From: Eledone cirrhosa
Lineage: Eukaryota
Direction: 5' to 3'
Length of the DNA stretch: 64,000 nt
NCBI GenBank assembly: GCA_964016885.1
Contig: OZ024743.1
Location: 286,812,001-286,876,000 of the forward strand
Shown: positions 25,778 to 39,664 of the stretch, one piece after another
Layout of the letters: the number at the start of each line of letters is the position of its first letter
Numbering within the stretch: position 1 is the stretch's first letter
Position numbers and translations under genes: made by a program
The notes under the pieces: generated by a model
What the model saw: only the letters and a program-made list of their open reading frames with translations
The model's database searches: none
What the model was told of the DNA's origin: nothing

Positions 25778-26036
25778 AAAAATGAAACAAAATTTCATTT
25801 CCCACTCTTAGTACGGCTGTTACTTAAATATAAGTATGTACACGTACATACATATATGTATACAGACGTACAGTAGTATGTATATATATATACATACATG
25901 CACACATATATATATGTATGTATGGATTCACCGGACATTTATTATAATGCTCGGTGTGTTTGTAAACAAACATCCCGTATTAAGCCGTAGTGTCCAGCAA
26001 CCATCGTTGCTCGTTTGTTCAACACTGACAAAGGAA

Positions 26037-26077
26037 CGCTGTACTAGTTTCAAGCTTATTCGCTATCATCAGCAATG
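26037..26077 (-). ncRNA. Minimal type-I hammerhead (family F)
   Basis: cattg-CTGATGA-t.agc.gaataa.gct.t-GAA-ACTAGT-A-cagcg. Palindromic stem III, GUA triplet, one stem I mismatch. Confidence 0.7.
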
Positions 26078-26220
26078 TATACCTTCCTGCCAGATTGTGA
26101 ATGTATATACTTACCTCATGCATATTAACGGCCGAGTAGCCCAATTTGCATATCGAGTGGGTTAATCGGCCGGGTGCACCGAAAACGATAAACGGAAAAA
26201 ATGTAAGACACATTTTTCAA

Positions 26221-26858
26221 ATGCAGGTGGGTGCTATAGAAGTGGTGGATAGCTTCCAGTACCTAGGAGATCAGATGAGCATGAGAGGGGGGTGTTCCGA
26301 GGCCATAGTATCTAGAATAAGGACGGGTTGGAAGAAGTTTAGGGAGCTGCTTCCTCTGCTGACGAAGAAGGGTTTCTCCCTGTGTACGAAAGGCCGGCTA
26401 TATGATGCCTGTGTGAGGAGCGCGATGCTGCATGGTAGTGAGACATGGGCAGCAACTGCAGAGGATATGCAATGGCTGGAGAGAAATGAGGCAAGCATGC
26501 TCCATTGGATGTGCAGTGTCAATGTACGTGAACGACCCAGCATAAATGTGTTGAGAGAGAAACTGTGTCTGAGAGGGATAGAATGTAGTGTACGGGAGAG
26601 GAGACTGAGGTGGTATGGACATGTGATGCGCATGGAGGATGACCGATGTGTGAAGAAGTGCCAGGAAATGCCAGTTGAAGGAAGACGTGGTAGAGGTAGA
26701 CCATGAAAAACATGGGTGGAGGTGGTGAGAACAGACCTCAGATCGCTGAAACTCACGGTGGAGATGAAGAAGGACTGTGACAAGTGGAGAGATGCTGTGC
26801 TGAATAAGACCCATCCCACCCTTGCAAGCAGGGAAGAGCAGACGTAAAATGATGATGA
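26221..26858 (+). mobile_element. 3' fragment of a second, diverged RTE family with very short 3'UTR
   Basis: IEVVDSFQYLGD...MLHGSETW...RRLRWYGHVMRM...GRGRP*, then cccacccttgcaagcagggaagagcagacgtaaaat(gat)n into (TA)n. Confidence 0.85.
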
Positions 26859-28335
26859 TATATATATATGTGCATATTCATGGTATATTTAAAAGCAACA
26901 GAACAGAATAAAAGAATTAGACTGAAGGCAAGTAGGTACCATCAAAATCTTAAGCTCATGCCAATTCATGCATCTGCTTCCTCCCATATGGCTAGTAATT
27001 GTAGTGCTTAGGCGAGTAGGCCATCTTGAAATCGGTTCTGGCCTGATAATGAGATATTATACACATTGTAATTGATAACAAGGATGAAACACATTTTTAT
27101 ACTGTTGTTGTTTAGCCCAAGGTCAGCTCTGATTAAGCAGATCTATAATCAAAGGTATTTCAGTCATAATCATCAAATGTTTTTTGTATATCATTGACCG
27201 CATTCTTGAATGTATTCTTTTTATTTAAGATTGTAGAGTGTGCATTGAGGGGAATTTTGGAGCTATTTCTAAGCAGGTCAAACAACTGCATGGATACTCC
27301 CTCATTCGCTCATTCTATATTAATATTAAATGAGAATGTATCTGTAAAAGTAAGGAATATTAGTGGAATGTTCTTATAAAAAATTAATGTATATACGACA
27401 GGCATTGGCATGTCTGTGTGTTTAAGAAGTCTGCTATGGAGTTATGTATGTTTCAGGTTCAGTCTCATTGTATGGCACTTTGGACTAGTGTGTTCTATTA
27501 TAGCTCTAGGTTGACCAATGGCTTGTGAGTGAATTTGGTAGATAAAGATTGTAAGAAAGCTTATGATGATGATTAAAATTAGACAGTCCCTTTTCATCAG
27601 TCAACTTCTGGAAATCACTAGTTTCAGAGAATCAAGGTTCATTCTGCTGCACATTGGGATGCAGCAAAATGGGTAGACACAATACGAGCTGTGTCTTTCA
27701 GTGAATTACATAAATAAAGGTGAATAAAAAATGCAGCAAACCTAAGTGCATCAACAGAAAACGAAGAGAAAGATAAAAATGGTGTGTGGTAGCTTAGCCA
27801 AAGAACAAATTTGAAAGAAGAAAAGCAGAAAAATAGAAAAAAGCATATGGACTACAGTCCAATGTACAAAGAAAAATCAGACAGAGATGTAGGAAAGTGG
27901 AGTAGAAGAAGACAAACTGGGTGGTGTAACATCTATTATTTGATACATTAAAAAAAGTCCACATAGCTAAGGAATTTGGATATGAATTTAAAATAGGGGG
28001 TGCACAGAACAAAGCCAATGGAAAAACCATTGGGAAAACGAATATGTATATAGCTTGTGGCTTAATTTTAATTTTAATTAACAGTCTGAGAAAAGCCTGA
28101 ACAGAGGTAGTTAGAGCTGATCTCAAAATATTGAAGCTCACAGTCGAGATGACAAAGAAATGTTACAAGTAGTGGGTAGGTGTGTTGGAAAGGACCCAGC
28201 CAACCCTTGGAAGCATGAAAAAATGGGTGTAGAAATGATAATGTGTAATTGAATTTTGTATGATGCATTTTTTTGGCTAGTTTAAGTTTGTTGTACTTAG
28301 TTGCTGGGTTGGACTGTGTAAGAAATACATATACA

Positions 28336-28400
<65 letters not shown>

Positions 28401-28402
<2 letters not shown>

Positions 28403-31387
28403 TCATCATCATCATCATCAACGTTTAACGTCCGTGTTCCACGCTTGCATGGGTTTGGACGGGGGTAGTCCCACTTGAGGCAAGAGTGATTGTCTTGCTC
28501 GCATAGGACTGTCTGGCAGGTTTTCTACAGTTGGATGCCCTTCCTAACACCAACCACATTTACAGTGTGGGTCTGGGAGGTTTTTACCGTGTTGCCTACA
28601 CGGCCACATTACAGCGTGGACTGTGTGTTTTTTTGTCGTGACACCTACACGATCTCATTTGTTTCGGCCTGGATGGCACGGCACCAACATAACTTTACAT
28701 AGAACGGGGTGGTGTGGATGGGGTGGGGGTGGCGGCGGGAGGGGTGTATTTTGTTAGAGATGCCTACTGGCAAGGCGGGTCTTCTCTGTTACTGAGTACC
28801 GCCAAAGGTCACGGTCCAGTGACATTTTCTTGGAGAGGTGTAAGTGTGTGAGGTCGGAGTTTATCAGCTCATCCCATGTTTTTCTAGGTCTGCCTATTCC
28901 GTGGCTACCGTCTATCTTTATTGCCCTGCACTTTGTAATACAGCTATCGACTTTCATGCGCATCACGTGTCCATACCAACGCAGCCTTCTCTCGAGTAAA
29001 CAACATCTGATCCCTCTTATCTCTAATTTTTTCCTTAGTTCGTTTATGCTTTGCCGTTCACGTATATTACTGTTACACATCCAGCGGAGCATGCAAGCTT
29101 CGTTCCTCTCTAGTCTGCGTATATCCTCTGCACACAATGCCCAGGTCTCACTACCATGCAACATTGCTGTTCGTATGCAGGCATCGTACAACCTGCCTTT
29201 CATTTTTAGGGAGAACCCTTTAGCAGCTAATAGTGGTATAAGCTCTCTGAACTTTTTCCAACCAGTTCTGACTCTAGCTACAGTACTTTCAGAGCACCCT
29301 CCCCCACTGCTGATTTTATCGCCCAGGTAACGGAAGCTGTCCACTATTTCTATAGAACCCTCTGCGCAATTGAAAGAGCTAGTATTTTGTGGGCACTTGC
29401 TGCTACTTATTGCACCAGAACACCGGCCACATGTAAAGTCTATGTTCTTAGTTAGCTTACCTGTGATCCCACTACATCTTTTATGCACCCATACTTTGCA
29501 TTTAGGACATAAGATGGAGTTTCTACCTACGCCTTTCCTACATACCGAGCACGACCATTTCCCAGAAGGGACCGCCGCCTTGTTTTCTTTCCTACAAACT
29601 AGAACTTTGGTCTTAGCCAGGTTAATTTTAAGTCCTTTTGACTCTAGGCCGTGCTTCCATGTTTGGAATTTCTTCTCTAGCTCGGCCATTGATTCCGCTA
29701 TGAGTGTCAGGTCGTCTGCGTATAGGAGTTCCCATGGGCAGCCTGTCTTGAACTCCTCTGTTATAGCCTGAAGGGCAATAATAAATAGTAGGGGGCTGAG
29801 AACAGAGCCCTGATGGACGCCAACTTTTACGCTGAACTCTTCACTATATTCGTTGTTAATTCTAACCTTGCTGACTGTTTCTTTATACATGGCTTGTATA
29901 GCCCTCACAAGCCATTCGTCAACGCCTAGTTTTCTAAGAGCCCACCAGATAATGGAGCGGGGGACTCTGTCGAAGGCTTTCTCCAGGTCGACAAAAGCTA
30001 AGTAGAGGGGTTTACCTTTAGCTAGGTACTTCTCCTGTAGTTGTCGTACTATGAAAAGAGCGTCTGTGGTGCTTTTGCCTGACACAAACCCGAACTGCAT
30101 TTCATCTAGATCAATTCTCTCTCTGATTAGTTGCGCTATTACTTTTTCCGTGACCTTCATGACCTGGTCGATTAATTTAATGCCTCTATAGTTACTCCTA
30201 TCTAGGGCGTCTCCTTTACCCTTATAACAGTTAACGATGATGCTGCTATGCCAGTCCTTCGGAACAACCCCATTCTGTACGACTTGGTTAACTATGCGGG
30301 TGACCATGGTGTGTCCCACCGTGCCAGATGCCTTCAGCATCTCAGCAACTATTTCCGAAGGCCCAGCCGCCTTACCAGTCTTCATATCCTTGATTGCCTT
30401 ACTTATTATACTCCCCTCGACTAACACTGCTGGTCCCTCTATCGGGTCGATAAGGGGGAGACTGTCTTTCTCCCATTTATTCTCCTCATTTAGTAGCCTT
30501 TCATAGTGACACTTCCAAGCTACCTTCTTATCAGTGTCGGTGATGGCAAGTATGCCATCATCGTTAAGTACACACTTCTCCCCGACAATATCACGGTTTT
30601 CCTTGACGCATTGCCTGGCAATCCTGAACACCTCACGTTTTTGGTCATCGCGTTGTAGAACATGCTTGAACTTTCTTTCCTCAGCTTCCCTTCTTGCTAA
30701 GTACACTTCTCTCCTAGCTTCCCTCCTGGCCACTTGATAGTCTACTCTACTTCCCCCATCCCGCCATACTTTCCAAGCCTGCTTTTTGGCCTTAATTGAC
30801 CCCTCCACCCTATTGTTCCACCACCATGTTACTCTCCTCCTGCCTACAGGCCTGCTCCAGCCACAGACTTCGTCTGTCGCCAACAGCAGGTTTGCTTTCA
30901 GAAATTTCCACTGTCCCTCTATATTGTCCGATTCTAGATGCTCTTCCTTACTGTCGAAAGCATCAAGTAATATGCTTTGAAATTTATTTCTGGCTGTGGG
31001 GTCCTTTAGTTTCCATATTTTCCTCCTGAGGATAGTCCTCTTCTGCTGTCAGGTGCGTCTCGTCCTGACTATGAGGTCGCTAATTATCAGTCTATGTTGG
31101 GAGGTGCATTCTTCATGGGGGAGGGATTTAGTGTTTACAACAGACACTCTGTCACGTCTTCTGGTAAGGATATAATCTACCTGGCTTGTGTGTTCCCCGG
31201 ATCTATAGGTAATCAGGTGATTGTCACGTTTTTTGAAGTTAGTGTTACAGATAGTTAGGTTATTTGCATCACAGTATTCCAGAATTCTGGAGCCTTCCTC
31301 ATTTCTAGTACCAAACCCATAGCCTCCATGGATTTCGTCATAGCCGTCACAATGTTGTCCAACGTGACCATTTAGGTCGCCTGCAAT
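28401..31387 (-). mobile_element. RTE LINE, 5'-truncated copy, subfamily 1
   Basis: Near-identical to 56330-59310. ORF 28754-30883 plus APE remnant with one stop at 31049. (TA)n on both sides. Confidence 0.95.
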
Positions 31388-31399
31388 ATATATATATAT

Positions 31400-32130
31400 A
31401 TGTTCAGAGCCATCCTCAGCATTCTCGTGTAGCACCCATCCACCATCTGAGTGAGTTTCTTGGTCAGTGTCCAAGTCTCAGACCAGTACAGCAGCACAGA
31501 CTCCACTACAGCAACGAAGAGGCGAACCTTCAGGTCTTTATGAAGGTCCGACTTCCATACCGATCTCAAGCTGTGGCACGCTGCCCAGACTTTGCTCTTC
31601 CTCTCGACCACATCATCCTCCGTATTCCCAATCTTTGCTCCCAAATACAGGAAGTCCTCAACCAATTCTAGTGGCTTCCCGCCTACATTAGTAATCTTCT
31701 CTGGCTTCTTAATATTCTCTACCAGATATTTTGTCTTAATCTCATTCATTCTCAGCCCCACACTCATCAACACAGTCTCCACCTCCTGCATCAAATCCTC
31801 TGCCTCCTTCACTGTGTTTGTCACCAGAACTATGTCGTCAGCATCTGATGAAGAACTCAGAGCTATACGGGAGCCTCCCAAAAGTGACACAGAGGAGACC
31901 GAGGTTAACTGGACATGCTCACCAACATCCAGAGTTGACATTGCACTCAGTGCTCCTGTGGGAGCCCCTACATGGACACACTGGAAGAGGAAGACCGAAG
32001 TTAACATATGTTGATGCCCTAAGGACAGACACTGGTCTGTTAGAGACGTAGGACATGGCAGCGATAATGAGGGACAGAGACTGCTGGAGAGAACTCGTCC
32101 ATGGATCTCAGGAATTTTACCCGCCCTAGA
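31400..32130. mobile_element. RTE-X-like LINE fragment with 5' inversion
   Basis: Minus 31844-31400 encodes ADDIVL...ESVLLYWSETW...RMALNI. Plus 31839-32130 encodes the continuation QHLMKNSELYG...RGRPKLTYVD...WRELV. (TA)n on both sides. Confidence 0.85.
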
Positions 32131-32300
32131 TATATATATATATATGAAAAGATTCAGGACCCCTGGTATCCTGAATCTTTTCATATTACCCACTCTACTA
32201 CCCCAAGTATCGAGTACTCTGGTGGGTTATGGTCCACCTGGTATTTTACCACACCCTTTCTAATATATATATATAAAACCACCTGGTCTCTTGAATACAA

Positions 32301-34652
32301 CAAATGTGTCAAGGAAAACCGTGATATTGTCGGGGAGAAGTGTGTACTTAACGATGATGGCATACTTGCCATCACCGACGCTGATAAGAAGGTAGCTTGG
32401 AAGTGTCACTACGAAAGGCTTCTAAATGAGGAGAACAAATGGGAGAAAGACAGTCTCCCCCAGATCGATCCAATAGAGGGACCAGCAGTGTTAGTTGAAG
32501 GTAGTATAATAAGTAAGGCAATCAAAGATATGAAGACGGGTAAGGCGGCTGGGCCTTCGGAAATAGTTGCTGAGATGCTGAAGGCATCTGGTTCGGTGGG
32601 ACACACCATGGTCACCCGGATAGTTAACCAAGTCGTACAGAATGGGGTTGTTCCGAAGGAATGGCGTAGCAGCATCATCGTTAACTGCTATAAGGGAAAA
32701 GGAGATGCCCTAGATAGGAGTAACTATAGAGGCATTAAATTAATCGACCAGGTCATGAAGGTCACGGAAAAAGTAATAGCGCAACTAATCAGAGAGAGAA
32801 TTGATCTAGATGAAATGCAGTTCGGGTTTGTGTCAGGCAAAAGTACCACAGACGCTCTTTTCATTGTATGACAACTACAGGAGAAGTACCTAGCTAAAAG
32901 TAAACCCCTATACTTAGCTTTCGTCGACTTGGAGAAAGCCTTCGACAGAGTCCCCCGTTCCATTATCTGGTGGTCTCTTAGAAAACTAGGTGTTGACGAA
33001 TGGCTTGTGAGAGCTATACAAGCCATGTATAAAAAAACAGTCAGTAAGGTTAGAATTAACAACGAATATAGTGAAGAGTTTAGCGTAAAAGTTGGTGTCC
33101 ATCAGGGCTCTGTTCTTAGCCCCCTACTATTTATTATTGCCCTTCAGGCTATAACAGAGGAGTTCAAGACCGGCTGCCCATGGGAACTCCTATACGCAGA
33201 TGATCTAACGCTCATAGCTGAATCAATGACCGAACTAGAGAAGAAATTCCAAACATGGAAGCACGGCCTAGAATCAAAAGGCCTTAAAATTAACCTGGCT
33301 AAGACTAAAGTTCTAGTTTGTAGGAAAGAAAATAAGGCGGCGGTCCCATCTGGGAAATGGCCATGCTCAGTGTGCAGGTAAGGCGTAGGTAGAAACTCCA
33401 TTTTATGTCCCAAATGCAAAGTATGGGTGCATAAAAGATGTAGTGGGATCACAGGTAAGCTAACTAAGAACATAGATTTTACATGTGGCCGGTGCTCTGG
33501 TGCAATAAGTAGCAGCAAGTGCCCACAAAATACTAGCTCCTTCAACTGCGCAGAGGGTTCTATAGAAATAGTGGACAGCTTCCGTTATCTGGGTGACAAA
33601 ATCAGCAGTGGGGTAGGGTGCTCTGAAAGTACAGTAGCTAGAGTCAGAACTGGATGGAAAAAGTTCAGAGAGCTTATACCACTATTAGCCGCTAGAGGGT
33701 TCTCCCTAAAAATGAAAGGCAGGTTATACGATGCCGCATACGAACAGCAATGCTGCATGGCAGTGAGACCTGGGCATTGTGTGCAGAGGATATACGCAGA
33801 CTAGAGAGGAACGAAGCTTGCATGCTCCGCTGGATGTGCAATAGTAATATACGTGAACGGCAAAGCATAAACGAACTAAGGAAAAAATTAGAAATAAGAG
33901 GGATCAGATGTTGTTTACTCGAGAGAAGGCTACGTTGGTACGGTCACGTGATGCGCATGAAAGACGACAGCTGTATAACAAAGTGCTGGGCAATAAAGAT
34001 AGACGGTAGCCACGGAGTAGGCAGACCCAGAAAAACATGGGACGAACTGATAAATTCCGACCTCACACGCTTACACCTCTCCAAGACAATGTCACTGGAC
34101 CGAGACCTTTGGCGGTACTCAGTAATAGAGAAGACCCGCCTTACCTAAATACAAAGTAAAAACCTACTACAGTCAGTAGGCATCTCTATCAAAACACACC
34201 CCCGTCCCACCACCTCCACCCCACCCACACTGCCCCTTTCAATGTAAAGTTATGTTGGTCCCACAACATCCAGGCCGAAACAAATGAGATCGTGTAGGTG
34301 TCACGACAAAAAACACACAGTCCACGCTGTAAATGTGGCCGTGTAGGCAACACGGTAAAAACCTCCCAGCCCCACACTGTAAATGTGGTTGGTGTTAGGA
34401 AGGGCATCCAGCTGTAGAAAACCCGCCAGACAGTCCACGCTGTAATGTGGCCGTGTAGGCAACACGGTAAAAACCTCCCAGCCCCACACTGTAAATGTGG
34501 TTGGTGTTAGGAAGGGCATCCAACTGTAGAAAACCCGCCAGACAGTCCTATGCGAGCAAGACAACCACTCTTGCCTCAAGTGGGAAAACCCCCGTCCAAA
34601 CCCATGCAAGCGTGGAACACGGACGCTAAACCTGATGATGATGATGATGATG
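32301..34652 (+). mobile_element. RTE LINE, 5'-truncated, subfamily 2 (stops and frameshift)
   Basis: ORF pieces 32101-32871, 32929-33381, 33427-33804 and 33750-34148; duplicated 3'UTR module; (GAT)n tail. Confidence 0.95.
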
Positions 34653-34696
34653 AAAAATATATATATATATATATAAAAAATATATATATATATATA

Positions 34697-35009
34697 TCAT
34701 CATCATCATCATCATCATCGTTTAACGTCCATGTTCCACGCTTGCATGGGTTTGGACGGGAGTTTTCCCACTTGAGGCAAGAGTGGTTGTCTTGCTCGCA
34801 TAGGACTGTCTGGCGGGTTTTCTACAGTTGGATGCCCTTCCTAACACCAACCACATTTACAGTGTGGGGCTGGGAGGTTTTTACCGTGTTGCCTACACGG
34901 CCACATTACAGCGTGGACTGTCTGGCGGGTTTTCTACAGCTGGATGCCCTTCCTAACACCAACCACATTTACAGTGTGGGACTGGGAGGTTTTTACCGTG
35001 TTGCCTACA
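34697..35009 (-). mobile_element. RTE subfamily 2, 3'UTR-only copy, tail-to-tail with the previous copy
   Basis: Reverse complement of ~34342-34652; (TA)n on both sides. Confidence 0.9.
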
Positions 35010-36289
35010 TATATATATATATATATATGTGTGTGTGTATGTGGTTTGTGGTAGTGGTTTGTGGTAGTGGTGGTAATGTGTGTGTGTTCCAATCACTGCA
35101 AAAGTCATATCAACACCATTTATAAAAGTCAATGGTGACATTTGTTTATATTTCCCCAAAGCAATACATCCTGCAGCATGACCATTTGATAAACGTCAGT
35201 AACATATTTACAATAAGAATGAATTGGTGCAAGAAAAGGCATCTATCAGTAGAAAACCTGCCTCAAAAGGTTTGTCCAACCCATACAAACATAGGAAAAA
35301 AGCAGACATAAAAATAATGACATTAGAGTGTAGATTTTTCCAATATTGTTATAGAATTCATCTTGTAAATCATGTTCCACAAAAAAGAAATTAATTTTTT
35401 GCTCTGTCTTTCTCTTTTTATCTCAGCCAGCCTCTCTGTCTGTCAACCAGTGACAATACTATAATAAATTGCATTTAGTATACACTGTAAAAGAAAGATG
35501 GGTGGATTAGTGGTTGAGGATTGGATTCACAATTATAAAGTTACACATTCGATTCTCAGACCAGGCAATGCATTATGTCCTTAAGCAAGGCGCTTTATTT
35601 CATGTTGCTCCTTCTGCCAGGAGCTGCCAGTATCAGTAATGGAAAATAGATAGTATCAGCAATGGAAAGACCAATGGAAACATTGTTTCCTTGGTCTGAT
35701 TTGATGAGCTCCACCTCACTCAGTAAGTGAATGAGGTCTGGGATCTTGTTGATCGATCAAAGAAAAAATAATACAGTGTAAATGGTTGGGGATAGATTAT
35801 AGAGTGTAGCAACAATTACAATATAATATTAACAAATTGGTAATTAGTTTACATTCTGTGAGTTCAAGTCCTTGTATAGGTGGGTTTGGGGGTTGAGAAA
35901 ACTATTCAAATTGCACACTTTTGAAACTAATTCTATCACTTTCCACACTAAAGTAGATTCAATGACTGAATCATTGTGGTGAATGGTAGAATCAGCATAG
36001 CAGCACACAATATATCTAGTGGAAGTAAATTACAATCTGAGCTCAAATGAAGCTGAAGTTAATTTTGCATTTCACCTATCAGGGGCTGATAAAATAGGTT
36101 CTATTTAAGTAAGGGTATCGAACTAATTGACTCCACCATCCCTTCAAATTGGTGGCCATATGTTTATAATAGAAATCCTTATGAATGGATTCTAAAATTT
36201 AGGTATGCTGGGAAAGATTTTGTCACTAAAAAGTGACAAAAATCTTTGACAAAAAATTATTGAAAGTTCTGTTAAAAAATAGAACTTTC

Positions 36290-37710
36290 AATAATTTTTC
36301 AATCTTATCCAACCATCTTGCTCAGGGTCTAATCCCAGGTCTCCTGCCAATTGATTTTGCCCGTACAATCTGTCCAGTGATTCTTTCCTGAGACATTCTA
36401 ACCACATGCCCGTAGTATCAGAGTTGTGATCTCTATCAATTTGGAAAAATAGCGGCTCTATCTGGAGCAACTCTCTGATCTCTGAGCTACGCACTCTATC
36501 TAGTAATGTTACTCCAAAGACCCTTCAGAGGAACCCCATTTTGGCCACTTGTATTTGCATTCTTTCGGGCACTAACCAAGATTCATGACCATAGGTAAGG
36601 GTTTGCAAAATACTGAACTGAAGATAACGAGTTTGGTTTTTATGCCTACCTCCCTTCTATTTACCGAATGCTGAAGTTGGCACATTACTGCACCAACTCC
36701 TGTAATTATTGCACTTGATTCAGCCACCTGCCTTCCACCACTCATAAACACAGTCCCAAAATACTTGAACTTCTCCACCAGTTTCAGTGTAACTCCATTT
36801 AAATGTAGAGTGCACTGCACAGGCTTCCTTGAGAGGATGAGCATCTCAGTTTTTGCAGCACTAATTTTCATTCCAGCCATGTAGCACTCAGCATCAAATC
36901 TATGAAGTGCAAGTCAGAGATCACCTTCTGTTGAATTAAGTAATACCATGTCATTGCCAATTCCAGCTGATTTTTTTTACACTTGCCAGTCAAGATATCA
37001 CTACCAGCCCGGTTGTGTACGTCAATCCTGTTCATGAAAATAATGAACAGTAGAGGTGACAGTACGCATTCTTGGAGGAGTCCAACTTCCACATTGTATG
37101 GTTTCAATTTAGCACCATTTATCCAAACACAAATACTTGGGCATTCGTATAGAGACATCAGGGCAGCAAGAAGCTGACCATCAATCCCATACTCCTGCAG
37201 AACCTACCACAGCTTGTCCCACGGAACACAATCATATGCCGTTTCGAGGTCTACAAAGCAAGAATAAACCTCTTGGCAGTACTTCCACGATTTCCAACAA
37301 CCTGCCAAAGTGTAAATATTTTTTAGCTGTGCTGCATGCAGTGCAAAAACAATACTGTTCATCAGCTAGCTTGGACTCAACAATCTCCTTACATCTCTCT
37401 GCCAGACACTCAGCATAGACTTTACTGGGGAGACTTAACAAGGAGATCCTTCTATAATTGAAGCAATCTCTTTTGTCTCCCTATTTGAAAATTGTGATTA
37501 TCACTCCCGATTGCCATTGCTAAGGTGTCTTTCCAGAGATCCAGGCCACCTGGCACACACAACTCAGCCAGAGAATACCTTCTCTATTTAAGGCATTTAA
37601 CATCTCGGGCTGAATTTCATACTCCCCAGCAGTCTAGCTACATTTCAGCTCTTTAATTGCTCTTGTGACTTCAGCCTTTGAAAGATTAGTCATTGCTTCT
37701 AGATGCACCT
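36290..37710 (-). mobile_element. Old decayed RTE-clade LINE
   Basis: Fragments LLSLPSKVYA, VGLLQECVLSPLLFIIFM, GMKISAAKTE and VEKFKYFG in different frames. Confidence 0.75.
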
Positions 37711-38198
37711 TATCTGTTTTGAGATAAAATAATCAAAGAACAGCTCTTCTTTTTGAAGAGCAGAAACCATTCCATTAGCTGCATTCTACTTAAGGATGTA
37801 ATTTGTCTAAGCAGTTCATCCTCAAGAGATTTTTAAAAAGCCATCCCACCCATATCATGATTAAATGCGAGTTTCTATAAATACAGAATATTTGCTTTTC
37901 ATTCCTTTCTTATGGTACATTTTGTCCATTTCTCCTTTCCTCACAGCCAATCTATTTATTTCTACCTCATTGTATTTGCTTGGTTTTCCCTCTGTTTGTA
38001 TTTCTGTCTGTCTCTTTCTCCCTCTCTATCTCTTTATCTATTTATCTATATTTCTGTTTGCCAATGTTTCTTATGTCGCTCACTCTCTCATTTTGTTTCT
38101 TTTTATTTGACTATCTGTTTATAGTTCTCTCTCTGAATTTCACTCTCTTTTCTTCTAGTCTCTATAACTCTTTCTGTCTATCGAATTATAACCATATT

Positions 38199-38408
<210 letters not shown>

Positions 38409-38649
38409 TCTTTCTCCTTATTCTCTTAATATACATCTATTGCAATCTCTCTCAGAGAGCTATACACAACTTGTTTCTCTCTATAAGCATTCATGCTTGT
38501 AATTAAAATACTGTTTCAGAAGCCAAATTCTGTTTTAATAAGCAATACTGCTGTTGATATTGCAGTTGTTATTATTGTTGTTGTTATTGTTGTTATTGCT
38601 GCTGTTATTGTGATTATTCTTGTTGTTATTATTTGTTTCATATACTCTA

Positions 38650-39210
38650 CTAACCATCATCATCACAACTACCACCAATACCATCACTATCCTCAACACC
38701 ACCACTAACATCCTAATGACCACCAATACCACCAACACCACCACCACCACCATCACTATCATCACAACCTACACCAGCACCACTACCTACACCACTATCA
38801 TCATAACCTATACTGCTATCATCACAACTACCACCAATACCACCACAGTTCCTTACGCCACCATCACCACCGTCTCCACCACCACCACCTACGCCACTAT
38901 CATCACAACTACCACCAATACCATCACAGTCCCCTACACCACCATCACCACCACCTCCTTCTCCACTACCACCACCACCACCACCACCACATCCTCCTCC
39001 TCCACCACCACAACCACCAGCACCACCCCCACAACCACCACAACCACCATCACCTACACCACTATCATCACAACTACTACCAATACCACCACAATCCCTT
39101 ACACCACCATCACCAACACCACTATCACCACCACCACCATCACCACCACTATCATCACAATTACCACCAATACCACCACAATCCCTAAAATCACCACCCC
39201 AACACCACCC
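38650..39210. repeat. Cryptic (ACC/ATC)n low-complexity repeat
   Basis: Recurring 'atcatcacaactaccaccaataccacc' units; source of the poly-Thr ORF. Confidence 0.85.
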
Positions 39211-39630
39211 TAAACACTACCAGTACCACACTAGAACTTCACCCATTCCTGTGTGTTCTATTAGAGCTCCATACCATCTTGTTTCTTATCTATTTTTTTC
39301 TTTCCTTTCTACCTGTGTAAACATGGAAAATGGATTTGAAACCAGGAGCAAATACAATTTATGTTACAAGCCAACCATCAATGTCACATTATTTTCTATG
39401 ATGTCAACCTACCAGAGTTAGGGAGATTTTGAGGTCTCTTGCACATTAGTGATAACTCAATACAAACACACACACATACACATGTACGTGTGTACACACA
39501 TATGCTCACATATATACATACACACACAGACATACTTGTGTGTATAGACATATGTCTCGCATATACATACATACATACATACACATAAACTCGTGTGCAC
39601 ACACACACATACATACACACATACTCGTGT

Positions 39631-39664
<34 letters not shown>

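Noticed and set aside
28830-29771. Antisense ORFs recurring in each RTE copy (133 and 166 aa)
   Set aside because: Recurrence follows from near-identity of the copies; no independent coding signal.
31372-32193. 273-aa minus-strand ORF as a single RT protein
   Set aside because: Chimeric: its N-terminal part is antisense of the element's own 3' segment across an inversion junction.
38620-39213. 197-aa Thr-rich mucin-like ORF
   Set aside because: Explained by cryptic ACC/ATC repeats; no splice or domain evidence.
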